Assembly (NCBI GenBank): GCA_913060895.1
Contig: CAJXSN010000013.1
Coordinates: 4,134-68,133, forward strand
Length of the DNA: 64,000 nucleotides
Reading direction: 5' to 3'
DNA from: an uncultured Sphingomonadaceae bacterium
Lineage (GTDB): Bacteria; Pseudomonadota; Alphaproteobacteria; Sphingomonadales; Sphingomonadaceae
Position 1 is the stretch's first letter, and every line of letters begins with the position of its first letter. Made by a program: the position numbers and the translations under genes. The notes beneath the pieces are model-generated. The model had not been told where the DNA came from. It ran no database searches and was given only the letters and a program-made list of their open reading frames with translations. Below are positions 29,053 to 41,410 of the stretch, in pieces.

Positions 29053-29694
29053 ATGACACTGACCGTCCACCATCTCGGCATATCGCAATCCGAACGCGTC
29101 GTCTGGTTGTGCGAAGAGCTGGGGATCGACTACGAATTCAAGCGTTACGATCGCCGGGCCGACAACCGCCTCGCGCCGGACGAACTGAAGGCGCTGCACC
29201 CTGCCGGCATGGCTCCGGTCATTCAGGACGGTGATCTGGTGCTGGCCGAAAGCGGCGCGATCTGCGAATATATCGACCGGAAATATGGCGCCGAAAATCA
29301 CTGCCCGCGCCCCGACCATCCTGATTTCGCCGATCACCTGTTCTGGTTTCATTTCAGCAACGGCACCTTCATGACAAACGGCATGATGCAGCTGATGCTG
29401 TCGATGGCCGATGCGAAGAACCCGGTGCCCGGCGGCTTCGTTGCCGACCGCACGGCCAAGGCATGGAAGCAGGTGGAAGAACGACTGGGCGAAGCGGAAT
29501 TTTTTGGCGGATCGCAGCTTACTCTGGCCGACATCATGATGGTCTATTGCCTCACCACAGCCCGCATGACACGCGCGGCGACGCTGGACAATGCGCCCAA
29601 TACGAGTGCCTATCTGAAGCGTATCGGAGAGCGCGAAGCATACCAGCGTATGTGGGCGAAATGCGAACCCGACATGGAACCGAACCTTTCCTAG
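29053..29694 (+). CDS. Glutathione S-transferase
   Basis: It has a thioredoxin-like N-domain (SQSERVVWLCEELG...PVIQDGDLVLAESGAI) and a helical C-domain. Confidence 0.85.
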   Translation: MTLTVHHLGISQSERVVWLCEELGIDYEFKRYDRRADNRLAPDELKALHPAGMAPVIQDGDLVLAESGAICEYIDRKYGAENHCPRPDHPDFADHLFWFHFSNGTFMTNGMMQLMLSMADAKNPVPGGFVADRTAKAWKQVEERLGEAEFFGGSQLTLADIMMVYCLTTARMTRAATLDNAPNTSAYLKRIGEREAYQRMWAKCEPDMEPNLS

Positions 29695-29713
29695 ACTGGC
29701 GCGTTAAGGCCGG

Positions 29714-31285
29714 ATGAGCGAAAGCAATTCCGGCCCTATTCTCGTCCCCATTCTCGGCGACCAGTTGACCCGCACGCTCGCATCCCTTCGCGGGCGTACG
29801 AAGGACGACACCGTCATTCTGATGATGGAGGTGTGGGGCGAAGCAACTTACGTAAGGCACCACAAGCAGAAGATAGCGCTGATCTTCTCCGCCATGCGCC
29901 ACTTCGCATCCGAGCTGGAAGATGCAGGTTGGTCGGTCGATTACGTAAAGCTGACCGACGATGATAATGCTGGCAGCTTCTCCGGCGAAGTTGCCCGCGC
30001 AGTCGAACGCCATGACCCGCGAGCCATTTATGTGGTGGAGGCTGGCGAGTGGCGGGTGCAGCAGGCGATCGAGGAATGGTCGGACAAATTCGACTGCGAC
30101 GTCGAGATTTTGAACGACGACCGCTTCGTCTGTTCGCAATCCGAATTCAACGAATGGGCCGAAGGTCGCAAGACTTTGCGGATGGAAAACTTCTACCGCG
30201 AGATGCGCAAGAAAACCGGCCTGTTGATGACGGCAGACGAGAAGCCCGAAGGCGGTGACTGGAATTACGACAGCGAGAACCGCAAACCGCCGAAGGAAGG
30301 GCTGGAAGCCCCGGCGCGCCCGTTATTCGAGCCTGACAGCATAACGCAGGATTGCATTGCTCTGGTGGAAGACAAGTTCCCTAGGCATTTTGGCAGTTTG
30401 GATAATTTCGGCTGGCCGGTCACCCGCACCGATGCGGAAAAAGCTGCCGACGCCTTCTTCGCGGAACGGATCGAGAAATTCGGCCCTTACCAGGACGCGA
30501 TGGTCCACGGCTCCGACGATCTGTTTCACTCCATGCTCTCGACCAGCATCAACCTTGGCCTGCTCGATCCGCTGGAGCTGTGCGAGCGCGCCGAGCAATC
30601 CTACAGGGATGGGAAAGCACCGATTAATTCCGTGGAGGGCTTTATCCGGCAACTGATTGGCTGGCGCGAATATGTACGGGGCTTCTACTGGCGATTCATG
30701 CCCGGGTTGGAGAGCGACAATGCGCTCGATGCCAAGCGCCCCCTGCCCGAATTCTACTGGACGGGCGAAACGGATATGCGCTGCCTGTCAGATGCCATCC
30801 GATCGACCCGCGACAATGCCCACGCCCACCACATCCAGCGTCTGATGGTGCTTGGCAATTTCGCGCTGATTGCAGGGATCGACCCGCGCGAAGTGCAGGA
30901 TTGGTTTCTGGTCGTTTACGCTGATGCATATGAGTGGGTCGAGCTGCCCAATGTGGCCGCCATGATCCTGTATGCCGATGGCGGAAAACTGGCGACTAAG
31001 CCCTACGCCGCCAGCGGAAATTACATCAACAAGATGAGCAATTACTGCTCGGGATGCAAATACATCGTCTCCAAGAAAACCGGCGAAGGCGCCTGCCCCT
31101 TCAATGCGCTCTACTGGCACTTCATGGATCGCCACCGCGACCGGCTGGAAAAGAATCCGAGAATAGGGCGCATCTATTCCAACTGGGACCGAATGAACGA
31201 AGATCGGCAGGCCGAATATCTGGACAGCGCCGGGGCGTTCCTGAAAGGATTGGAGCCGGCGCAGGATGGCTGGGCGCGGAGATAA
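29714..31285 (+). CDS. FeS-BCP/CryPro-class cryptochrome/photolyase, likely a (6-4) photolyase (PhrB/CryB-like)
   Basis: The N-terminus (ILVPILGDQL) and the FAD-binding C-domain fit this class. The C-x2-C-x12-C pattern (YCSGCKYIVSKKTGEGACPF), plus an upstream Cys (MRCLSDA), matches the 4Fe-4S ligand spacing of the PhrB class. Confidence 0.85.
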   Translation: MSESNSGPILVPILGDQLTRTLASLRGRTKDDTVILMMEVWGEATYVRHHKQKIALIFSAMRHFASELEDAGWSVDYVKLTDDDNAGSFSGEVARAVERHDPRAIYVVEAGEWRVQQAIEEWSDKFDCDVEILNDDRFVCSQSEFNEWAEGRKTLRMENFYREMRKKTGLLMTADEKPEGGDWNYDSENRKPPKEGLEAPARPLFEPDSITQDCIALVEDKFPRHFGSLDNFGWPVTRTDAEKAADAFFAERIEKFGPYQDAMVHGSDDLFHSMLSTSINLGLLDPLELCERAEQSYRDGKAPINSVEGFIRQLIGWREYVRGFYWRFMPGLESDNALDAKRPLPEFYWTGETDMRCLSDAIRSTRDNAHAHHIQRLMVLGNFALIAGIDPREVQDWFLVVYADAYEWVELPNVAAMILYADGGKLATKPYAASGNYINKMSNYCSGCKYIVSKKTGEGACPFNALYWHFMDRHRDRLEKNPRIGRIYSNWDRMNEDRQAEYLDSAGAFLKGLEPAQDGWARR

Positions 31286-31342
31286 CACTCCGCATAAAAT
31301 GTCTCTTTACAAAACGATATTCAATGTTGCAGTCTTGAAGGC

Positions 31343-32407
31343 ATGCAAATGAATGGTGACGGAATGCAAGGCTTGCCTGACAATACAGATGCGTTGGAGA
31401 AGTTGCCATTTTCATTATGTATTGCAGATCTCGAAATAGCAGATCAGCCTCTGATTTACGTCAATCGCGCTTTTGAGTGCATGACCGGTTATGCATCATC
31501 TGCTATTCTAGGCCGTAACTGCCGGTTTTTACAGGGCCCCGAGAGCGATCCGGAAACTGTCTCGAAACTAGGTAAAGCTGTCGCCAACTGCGAAGATGTT
31601 GAAGCGGTAATCTATAATTACCGCGCAGATGGCCAAGGGTTCTGGAACCGTCTGATGATGGGGCCTCTCAAGGACGAGAGTAACGGCTGCCGGTACTATG
31701 TGGGCATTCAGTACGATTTGGGAAATGAGAATAGGGAGGAACCAGATGCCGTCGTGGAAAGGCAGCTGGCCGAGGTACAGCACAGGGTAAAAAATCATCT
31801 GTCGATGGTTGTCGGCATGATCCGACTTCAGGCGCGGCGAAACACCGAAACCAATGAGGAGTTTGAAACTCTTTCCCGCAGGGTGGAAGCGTTGCAGCTA
31901 TTGTATCAGGAAATGGATGCAGCAGGCGCGGCTAAAGCCACAGACAAGACAATTCCGCTCGGGGCTTATCTGGGACGAATTGCTTCAGCCTTGAACCATG
32001 TTGATGGTCGTCAGGGAATTAAGGTCAGCTTTGAAGCCGATATGCTCAAAGTGCCGACAGAAACCGCCGCTCGAACGGGCTTAATTGTTTCTGAAATTCT
32101 GACCAATTCACTTCAACATGCATTCGAAGGCCGGGATGAAGGAACAGTCAGTGTTCGCGTAAAAGTTCTGTCGCACTCGTTGTTGCGTATCGCCGTCGAG
32201 GATGACGGGAATGGCATTCCTGACGACTGCAACTGGCCCCAGGAAGGAAATTTGGGGGCACGAATCGTGCGGACGCTGGTCGCAGGGTTGGACGGGACGC
32301 TCAATGTAATGCAAGGCGAAGCAGGGACGATAATCAATCTGGACATTCCGCTTGCAAGACAAGCAGACCTGATCGAAGCAGAGCGCGAATCTCACCAAAC
32401 GTCCTAG
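31343..32407 (+). CDS. LOV-domain blue-light sensor histidine kinase (HisKA_2/HWE type, EL346-like)
   Basis: It has the canonical LOV motif GRNCRFLQG with the adduct Cys, an H-box (EVQHRVKNHL), an N-box (EILTNSLQHAF) and a G1 box (VEDDGNGIP). There is no receiver domain. The start could be 31343 or a nearby ATG. Confidence 0.9.
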   Translation: MQMNGDGMQGLPDNTDALEKLPFSLCIADLEIADQPLIYVNRAFECMTGYASSAILGRNCRFLQGPESDPETVSKLGKAVANCEDVEAVIYNYRADGQGFWNRLMMGPLKDESNGCRYYVGIQYDLGNENREEPDAVVERQLAEVQHRVKNHLSMVVGMIRLQARRNTETNEEFETLSRRVEALQLLYQEMDAAGAAKATDKTIPLGAYLGRIASALNHVDGRQGIKVSFEADMLKVPTETAARTGLIVSEILTNSLQHAFEGRDEGTVSVRVKVLSHSLLRIAVEDDGNGIPDDCNWPQEGNLGARIVRTLVAGLDGTLNVMQGEAGTIINLDIPLARQADLIEAERESHQTS

Positions 32408-33453
32408 CTTTCCCGGCGCAACAACTCCCTTTTTATTTCAGTCCCATAGGCATAGCCGCCCAGCCCCCCATCGGAGGCGATGACGCGGTGGCAGGGGATC
32501 AGGACAGCAATGTTGTTCGCGCCGTTTGCTCCGCCCACGGCGCGGCTGGCTTTGGGGTTGCCCAACGCGGCGGCCAATTCGCCATAGCTGCGCGTTTCGC
32601 CTGCCGGTATTTCGCGTAAAGCCTGCCATACGCTTTGTTGGAAGGCGGTGCCTTTGACGTCCAGCGGGATTGCGGCGGCGCTGGGGTCGGTCGGGGTTTC
32701 TACCGCATTGGAAACCTGATCGAGCAGCACGCGGAATTCCTCGCCGCCCTCGGCAAGTTCTGCCTTGGGGAAACGGGCGCGCAATTCCTGCTCACCTTCG
32801 CCGAAAGACAGGCAGCATACGCCGCGCTCCGTCGCAGCGACCATCATCGGGGCGATAGACGTCTCCACCACGCTCCAATGGATCACGCGGCCCTCGCCCC
32901 CGTTCTTCCAGTCGCTGGCGCTCATGCCCATCTTTCCCTCCACTCCGGCATAGAACCGGCTCGGTGCCTCGTACCCTGCATCATATATCGCATCCGATAC
33001 GCGATGTGCTCCGTTCAAACCATCGCGTGCCCGTTCCTCGCGCAGGGCCCGCGCATAGGCGGCCGGCGACAGGCCCGTGGCGCGCTTGAACACGCGCTGG
33101 AAATGAGTGGGTGAATAACCTGTCAGATCGGCCAGATCACCCAGTGTAGGCCTGCCTTCCGATGTCTTGATTTCGTCGATTGCGGCCAGCACCGCTGTCT
33201 CGTCCCGCGCAACGTCGTCCGGCAGGCATCGCTTGCAGGCGCGCAGCCCTGCCGCGCGGGCCTCTGCTCCGGTAGAAAAGAAGCGTACATTGGCCCGCGC
33301 AGGGTGGCGCGCGGCGCAGCTAGGGCGGCAATAGATTCCAGTGCTCAACACGCCGGTGACAAAGCGCCCGTCATAGTTGCGATCACGCCGCTGGACGGCG
33401 GCCCATGCAGTGCCGGGATCGAGTGGGGGCGCGGTGTTGATGCCATTGCTCAT
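32404..33453 (-). CDS. ada: Bifunctional Ada: methylphosphotriester-DNA methyltransferase/AraC regulator plus O6-methylguanine-DNA methyltransferase
   Basis: It has an N-Ada zinc site (CRPSCAARH...CKRC), an AraC HTH and the C-terminal MGMT active site IPCHRV. Confidence 0.9.
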   Translation of the reverse strand: MSNGINTAPPLDPGTAWAAVQRRDRNYDGRFVTGVLSTGIYCRPSCAARHPARANVRFFSTGAEARAAGLRACKRCLPDDVARDETAVLAAIDEIKTSEGRPTLGDLADLTGYSPTHFQRVFKRATGLSPAAYARALREERARDGLNGAHRVSDAIYDAGYEAPSRFYAGVEGKMGMSASDWKNGGEGRVIHWSVVETSIAPMMVAATERGVCCLSFGEGEQELRARFPKAELAEGGEEFRVLLDQVSNAVETPTDPSAAAIPLDVKGTAFQQSVWQALREIPAGETRSYGELAAALGNPKASRAVGGANGANNIAVLIPCHRVIASDGGLGGYAYGTEIKRELLRRES

Positions 33454-33533
33454 GGCGCCGCAATAGCCTTTCCCACGCTCCGCCGCATCCCGAACCTTGC
33501 GGTCAAAGCCGTCAGACGGCAGAGATTGGCGCC

Positions 33534-35156
33534 ATGAACCGCATTTGCATCCTTCTCGCCGCTCTGTTCTTCAGCTTTCCCGTCCATGCGGAGCCCGCCG
33601 ATATTAACGCGGCCGCGCGCGGAGTAGTGCGGGTCGTCATATTGGAAGGGGTCGATGCCGAAGGTCTGGACGGGCAGGAAGCAGGCGCGCCCCGCCCGGT
33701 CAGCCACGGTACCGGATTTGCCGTCAGCCCGACGATGATAGTCACCAATGCTCACGTCGTAATTCAGGCGCGGATGGACGATACCTTGCGCATCGGCATC
33801 GTGCCGGGGGACGGAGCGGAAAGCGGCTATGCCCGGCTGGTGCAGTTCAGCCCGCGCGCCGATCTGGCATTGATTGAAATCGTCGGCGATCTGCGCCTGC
33901 CCCCGCTGACGCTGGCCGCGCAGCGCCCGCAAAGCGGCGAGGCAACGGCGGTCGGCTACCCCATGAATGTCGACCGGGCGCAAGGGCTGGAGATCGGCGA
34001 CATCATCCGGAGCCAGCCCGCCGTGAAAAGCCGGGGTTTTCTGTCCGGCGAACGGCCCAGCCGTGAATTCGACACGCTGCTTCACACCGCGCCGATTGCA
34101 CGGGGCAATTCCGGCGGCCCGCTGCTGGATGGATGTGGACGGGTGCTGGGGGTCAACAGCTTCGGTTCAGACAGCGAGGGCGCAGATGCGGAATTCTATT
34201 TCGCCGTGTCCAACCGTGAGCTGCTGCCCTTTCTGGAAGCTGCAAAGATCGAGCCGCGCGTGAATGCAGGCCCATGCCGTAGCCTCGCCGATCTGGACGA
34301 AGAGGAACGAATGCGGCTGGAGCGTGAGCAACGGGCAGCACAGGCCGAGATGGCAGGCCGGAACGAAGCCCAGCGCGAGAAGCGCACACGGGTTCAGCTG
34401 GAAGCGGAGCAGGACGTTCAGGCAGAGCGCGAGAACCGTATGGCGCTGGCGCTGGTCTTGCTTCTGGCAGCCGTGATCTGCGCCTTTCTGGCTTACCAGC
34501 GTTGGTCGCGAGGACTCGAATATGAAGAGGCGGAGGAAGCATCGGCCGGAGAAGACGAGGCGTACGATTACGACCTGCCCACTCGCGACGGCGTGATGAT
34601 CGTGCTCGCCATTGCTTCGGTTGCCCTGACCATCGGCGCGCTTGCCCTGTTCCTGACCCGCCCCGGCCTCGACTCCATCGATCGCCGCGTGAACGCCGCT
34701 ATGGCCGAGCCGGAGGATGATGACGCGTCTGCCATTGCAGAAGCTCCGGGAACGCTCATTCTGTCCTGCCGCCTGCAACCCGAACGCAGCCGGATTACCG
34801 GCGCCCCTGCCGAAACGGTGGATTTCGAATGGTCGCCGGAAGGCTGCGTGAATGGACGCACCCAATATGGTTCGGCAGCGGGCGACTGGAGCCGCGTGTT
34901 CGTGCCCAATGAAGAAGCCGTCGTGTCGATCAACCGCTTCGCGCCCGGCAGCCGGACCTATACGGTCGACCGCTATCTTCTCACCCGCAGCGAAATGGTC
35001 GCAGCACGCGAGGCAAGAGGCGCCTACTCCTCACCCTCCTGCGGTACCGATGGTGCTGCAACGATGCTGGGCGATCTGCAAGGCGCGGTGTTGAGCAAGC
35101 TGCCCGCCAGCCCGAACGAGCGGCTGGTTTATGCGTGTGAGGCTGGCAGCAACTGA
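33534..35156 (+). CDS. Trypsin-like serine protease with coiled-coil, two TM helices and an unknown C-terminal domain
   Basis: It has a signal peptide and a catalytic triad context (TNAHV, DLALIE, GNSGGPL), with no PDZ domain. A charged coiled-coil is followed by TM1 (ALALVLLLAAVICAFLAY), TM2 (VMIVLAIASVALTIGALALFL) and a 170-aa C-domain with 4 Cys. Confidence 0.8.
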   Translation: MNRICILLAALFFSFPVHAEPADINAAARGVVRVVILEGVDAEGLDGQEAGAPRPVSHGTGFAVSPTMIVTNAHVVIQARMDDTLRIGIVPGDGAESGYARLVQFSPRADLALIEIVGDLRLPPLTLAAQRPQSGEATAVGYPMNVDRAQGLEIGDIIRSQPAVKSRGFLSGERPSREFDTLLHTAPIARGNSGGPLLDGCGRVLGVNSFGSDSEGADAEFYFAVSNRELLPFLEAAKIEPRVNAGPCRSLADLDEEERMRLEREQRAAQAEMAGRNEAQREKRTRVQLEAEQDVQAERENRMALALVLLLAAVICAFLAYQRWSRGLEYEEAEEASAGEDEAYDYDLPTRDGVMIVLAIASVALTIGALALFLTRPGLDSIDRRVNAAMAEPEDDDASAIAEAPGTLILSCRLQPERSRITGAPAETVDFEWSPEGCVNGRTQYGSAAGDWSRVFVPNEEAVVSINRFAPGSRTYTVDRYLLTRSEMVAAREARGAYSSPSCGTDGAATMLGDLQGAVLSKLPASPNERLVYACEAGSN

Positions 35157-35344
35157 GGGCACAGCGTCTCTGCCAAGGGAATTAAAGCGCCTGTTTTACA
35201 GGTAAGGTCCTATTCTGGATTGCCTACGCCGCCTCGCAATGACGAAAGGCAACGCAAAAGCCCGACCGAAACGGCCCGCCTGAAACGGACTGAGTCCGGC
35301 AGACCGCAAGCGCGATCAACCGTAAAAGACAGCAAACGCCGAAA

Positions 35345-36172
35345 CTACGCTGCCAACGCCTCTCCGCTCAGTGTAATCCGATGCATTTCGCGGCGGTGGC
35401 CAGCGTAGTCGTTGATCGCGTTGTGCCAGGTGGTCCGGTTGTCCCAGATGGCTACCGTGCCGGGCTTCCATTGCAGGCGGCAGGTGTTGTCGGCCTTACG
35501 TGCGGCATCCAGCAGTCTGTACAGCAAGGGCACGCTTTCTTCGCGTGTCCGGCCAACGAAGTGAACCGTAAAACCGCCGTTTACATAAAGCAGTTTACGT
35601 CCAGTTTGCGGGTGGCGGATCACTACCGGATGGGTCGCTCCGGTCTGCAAATCCTGACCGCGCAGGTTCTTGCCCATATCGGTCTGGGCATAAAGGCCGT
35701 CGGCCTTATAAACATGGTCGGCAGTGTGGAACGCCTCCAGCCCCTCGATCTCGGACTTAAGACCCTCGGGCAACGCATCGTATGCCGCGCCCATATGCGC
35801 CCATTCGGTATCGCCGCCGGTAGGAGGCAGATCACGCGCGACCAGCACGGAGCCCATCGCCGGTATCTGGTCATAGGAATGGTCGGTATGCCAAGCCCCG
35901 CCGATATTGGTGGATTCGTCGGCCTCTTTTCTTACCAATGCAATTTCGGGAAAATCTGCATTGAGCGGGAAATACTGATTCACATCGATACCGCCCCAGC
36001 GGTGACCGAAATTAATATGATCTTCGGGTGAGAAATCCTGATCGCGAAATACTGCAACGCCGTGTTCGTAAATCGCGTGGCGAATTGCGTCCAGCGTATC
36101 GCCCTGCGCGTCTGCCAGTTGCACGCCGCTAACCTCTACGCCGCATTTCGGAGCCATCGGTGTCAGTTTCAT
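35345..36172 (-). CDS. TauD/TfdA-family Fe(II)/2-oxoglutarate dioxygenase
   Basis: It has the HxD iron motif (GGAWHTDHSY), a distal His (HRITL region) and a family-typical length. The start was set at ATG 36172 (MKLTPMAPK). Confidence 0.85.
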   Translation of the reverse strand: MKLTPMAPKCGVEVSGVQLADAQGDTLDAIRHAIYEHGVAVFRDQDFSPEDHINFGHRWGGIDVNQYFPLNADFPEIALVRKEADESTNIGGAWHTDHSYDQIPAMGSVLVARDLPPTGGDTEWAHMGAAYDALPEGLKSEIEGLEAFHTADHVYKADGLYAQTDMGKNLRGQDLQTGATHPVVIRHPQTGRKLLYVNGGFTVHFVGRTREESVPLLYRLLDAARKADNTCRLQWKPGTVAIWDNRTTWHNAINDYAGHRREMHRITLSGEALAA

Positions 36173-36367
36173 GCGCGTTCTCTCCCATGTTCTTTTGCAA
36201 GCAGCATACCCTATCGGGCACAAAACAGGAAGAGGCACGCCGCTCACCGCTTGCATCGCGGTGGGGTGGCTGCTAGGCGCGCGCCAGCTTTGCAAGGGTG
36301 CTTTGATAGGTCCTGACGCTGGGCGTTCGCATTATTATTTCCCGCTCACCCGAGAGGACTTCGCCCA

Positions 36368-36922
36368 GTGGAGATTTCCGCCGGTATTCAGGCTAGCTTG
36401 CCAGGCCGTTACGCATCTGCGCTGTTCGATCTGGCAGCAGAGGACGGCGTGGTTACAGCCGTCGAATCCGATCTTGAGACGCTGAATGCGGCTCTCGTCG
36501 AATCGGACGAATTGCGCACCGTTACGACGAACCCCGAACTCAGCCGTGCCCAGCAGGGTGCGGCCATCGAAGGTGTCGCAGGCGCGCTTGGTCTTTCAGC
36601 GCTGACCCAGAAATTCCTTGGTGTGCTGTCACAGAACCGGCGCCTGTCTGTACTGCCCGGCATGATTCGCGCCTTCCGCGCCATCGCCGCAGCGCAGCGC
36701 GGGGAAGTCACCGCAGAAGTCACCAGTGCCCATGCGTTGAGCGACGAGCAGCTGGAAACGCTGCGCCAGAAACTTACTGCCCGCGAAGGTCGCACGGTCA
36801 AGCTGTCGCACAGCGTCGATCCGGACCTTCTGGGCGGTCTCGTCGTTACATTGGGGTCGAAGCGCATTGACGGTTCGATCCGCACCCGTCTCAATTCTCT
36901 TGCACAGGCCATGAAGGCCTGA
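36368..36922 (+). CDS. atpH: F1 ATP synthase subunit delta (OSCP)
   Basis: The N-terminus ([14 protein letters not shown]) is typical of delta/OSCP. It has a GTG start and is the first gene of the atpHAGDC cluster. Confidence 0.9.
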   Translation: MEISAGIQASLPGRYASALFDLAAEDGVVTAVESDLETLNAALVESDELRTVTTNPELSRAQQGAAIEGVAGALGLSALTQKFLGVLSQNRRLSVLPGMIRAFRAIAAAQRGEVTAEVTSAHALSDEQLETLRQKLTAREGRTVKLSHSVDPDLLGGLVVTLGSKRIDGSIRTRLNSLAQAMKA

Positions 36923-36958
36923 CCGATAATTTTTGGCCATGAAAGCCTAAAGGACTAA

Positions 36959-38491
<1,533 letters not shown>

Positions 38492-38516
38492 ACCTGACGA
38501 GAACTAGGGAGCCAAA

Positions 38517-39386
38517 ATGGCCTCGCTGAAAGAACTCAAGGATCGGATCGGGTCGGTTAAATCGACCCAGAAGATCACCAAGGCCAAGCAGATGGTTGCG
38601 GCGGCGAAATTGCGCCGTGCGCAGGCTGCTGCCGAAGATGCACGCCCTTATGCCGAACGTCTGGCGGGTGTCATGGCCTCCATCGCAGGCAAAGTCAGCG
38701 GCGACAGCGCGCCCAAATTGCTCGCCGGTACAGGCAGCGACCAACGTCACCTGCTGGTGGTGGTCAACACAGACAAGGGTCTGTGCGGTGGTCTCAACGC
38801 CAATATCGTCAAGGCGGCGAAGGCCAAGGCACGCGAGCTGCTGGCCGCAGGCAAGCAGGTGGAGTTTTACCTCATTGGCAAGAAAGGCCGCGCACCGATT
38901 AAGCGTGATTACGCCAATTCGGTCACAGCAAATTTCGACACCAGCATGGTGAAATTGCCCGGCTTCGCCGAAGCCGAAGCGATTTCCGCTGAGCTCATCG
39001 AAATGTTCGAAGGCGGCAAGTTCGACGTTGCCCATCTGGTTTATCCCATATTCAAATCGGCGCTGGCCCAGGATCCGACTGTCGATCAGCTGATACCCGT
39101 TCCCGCGCCCGAAACCGCTGAAGCAAACGATGCCGTGGTAGAATACGAGCCGGGCGAGGAAGAAATCCTTGAAGAACTGCTTCCGCGCTACGTGAAGACG
39201 CAGATTTTTGGAGGTCTGCTGGAACGCGAGGCGTCCGAACATGGTGCCTCCATGACGGCGATGGACAACGCCACGCGCAATGCGGGTGATCTGATTCAGG
39301 ATCTGAACATCGAATACAACCGTCGCCGTCAGGCCGCGATCACCACAGAGCTCATCGAAATTATTGCTGGCGCCGAGGCGCTTTAA
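38517..39386 (+). CDS. atpG: F1 ATP synthase subunit gamma
   Basis: It has the [37 protein letters not shown]-terminus and the conserved C-terminal helix ([15 protein letters not shown]). Confidence 0.95.
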   Translation: MASLKELKDRIGSVKSTQKITKAKQMVAAAKLRRAQAAAEDARPYAERLAGVMASIAGKVSGDSAPKLLAGTGSDQRHLLVVVNTDKGLCGGLNANIVKAAKAKARELLAAGKQVEFYLIGKKGRAPIKRDYANSVTANFDTSMVKLPGFAEAEAISAELIEMFEGGKFDVAHLVYPIFKSALAQDPTVDQLIPVPAPETAEANDAVVEYEPGEEEILEELLPRYVKTQIFGGLLEREASEHGASMTAMDNATRNAGDLIQDLNIEYNRRRQAAITTELIEIIAGAEAL

Positions 39387-39436
39387 TCGACCGGACTTCC
39401 CCCTCCCGGCATTTTCAAACTACAGGATACCAGTAC

Positions 39437-39787
39437 GTGAACAAGTTTACCCTCATCCTCCCCGCAATCGCTCTCCTCACTGCTTGCGGAGAGACAGGCG
39501 AAGATGCCGAAATCGACATCGATACTGCGCCGGCTGCAGTTGCGCCGGTGGAAACGTCGTCTCTTCCCGCTCCGGATCAGGACGTGTTCTCGAAGGTATT
39601 TGCAGAAACCTGCCCCGATGCAGAAGCGGTCAATACCGCAGTTTGCAAACGCGCCGGGCTCGGATCGGAAGACGTTCTGTGCGAGTATGGTCTTGGCGAC
39701 GACGAATATCTGCGCCACGATGCAACCCTCAACGCAGGCGAAGATGCATGGATGCTCGCCGACCCAGAGACCGTCTGCGCTCAGTAA
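39437..39787 (+). CDS. Small lipoprotein (116 aa) inserted between atpG and atpD
   Basis: It has a lipobox (LLTACGETG) and an acidic mature protein with 4 Cys (ETCPDA, AVCKRA, VLCEYG, TVCAQ). It is co-oriented with the atp genes, with 50-nt and 45-nt gaps. Confidence 0.6.
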   Translation: MNKFTLILPAIALLTACGETGEDAEIDIDTAPAAVAPVETSSLPAPDQDVFSKVFAETCPDAEAVNTAVCKRAGLGSEDVLCEYGLGDDEYLRHDATLNAGEDAWMLADPETVCAQ

Positions 39788-41290
<1,503 letters not shown>

Positions 41291-41296
41291 GCATCC

Positions 41297-41410
41297 GCCT
41301 CTCCCCTTCCGCCGTCGGGAGGGGGTGGGCATGGGCCCGAAAGGGCTCGCCCCATTGCGACTGGCGAGTAAGCTCGTAAGTCTCACTGCCCCTTCCGACA
41401 GCCGGAAGGG
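41297..41410 (+). other. Cluster of stem-loops in the atpD-atpC spacer
   Basis: Hairpin 1 pairs 41297-41311 with 41316-41330 (15 bp, 1 mismatch, 3 G-U). Hairpin 2 is GGGCCC-GAAA-GGGCTC at 41333-41348. Hairpin 3 is CCCTTCCG-ACAGC-CGGAAGGG at 41390-41410. Confidence 0.5.
41317..41335 (+). other. G-quadruplex-forming motif GGGAGGGGGTGGGCATGGG on the sense strand
   Basis: Four runs of at least 3 G are separated by loops of 1, 1 and 3 nt. The motif overlaps the 3' arm of hairpin 1 and the 5' arm of hairpin 2. Confidence 0.45.

Noticed and set aside
33454-33533. I looked for an Ada box in the ada / protease divergent spacer.
   Set aside because: No convincing AAT-N6-GCAA-type element was seen by eye.
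35157-35344. A 188-nt convergent intergenic region, including track ORF 35220-35408, was examined for an sRNA or terminator.
   Set aside because: Only short weak hairpins were seen (CCTGT-TTT-ACAGG, GGAC-TGA-GTCC). There is no promoter-like motif, and the ORF product is Arg/Lys-rich with no signals. Nothing is supportable.
36173-36367. A possible sigma-70 promoter lies upstream of atpH (TTGCAA near 36288).
   Set aside because: No acceptable -10 hexamer lies at 16-18 nt spacing, so I cannot support a call without transcript mapping.
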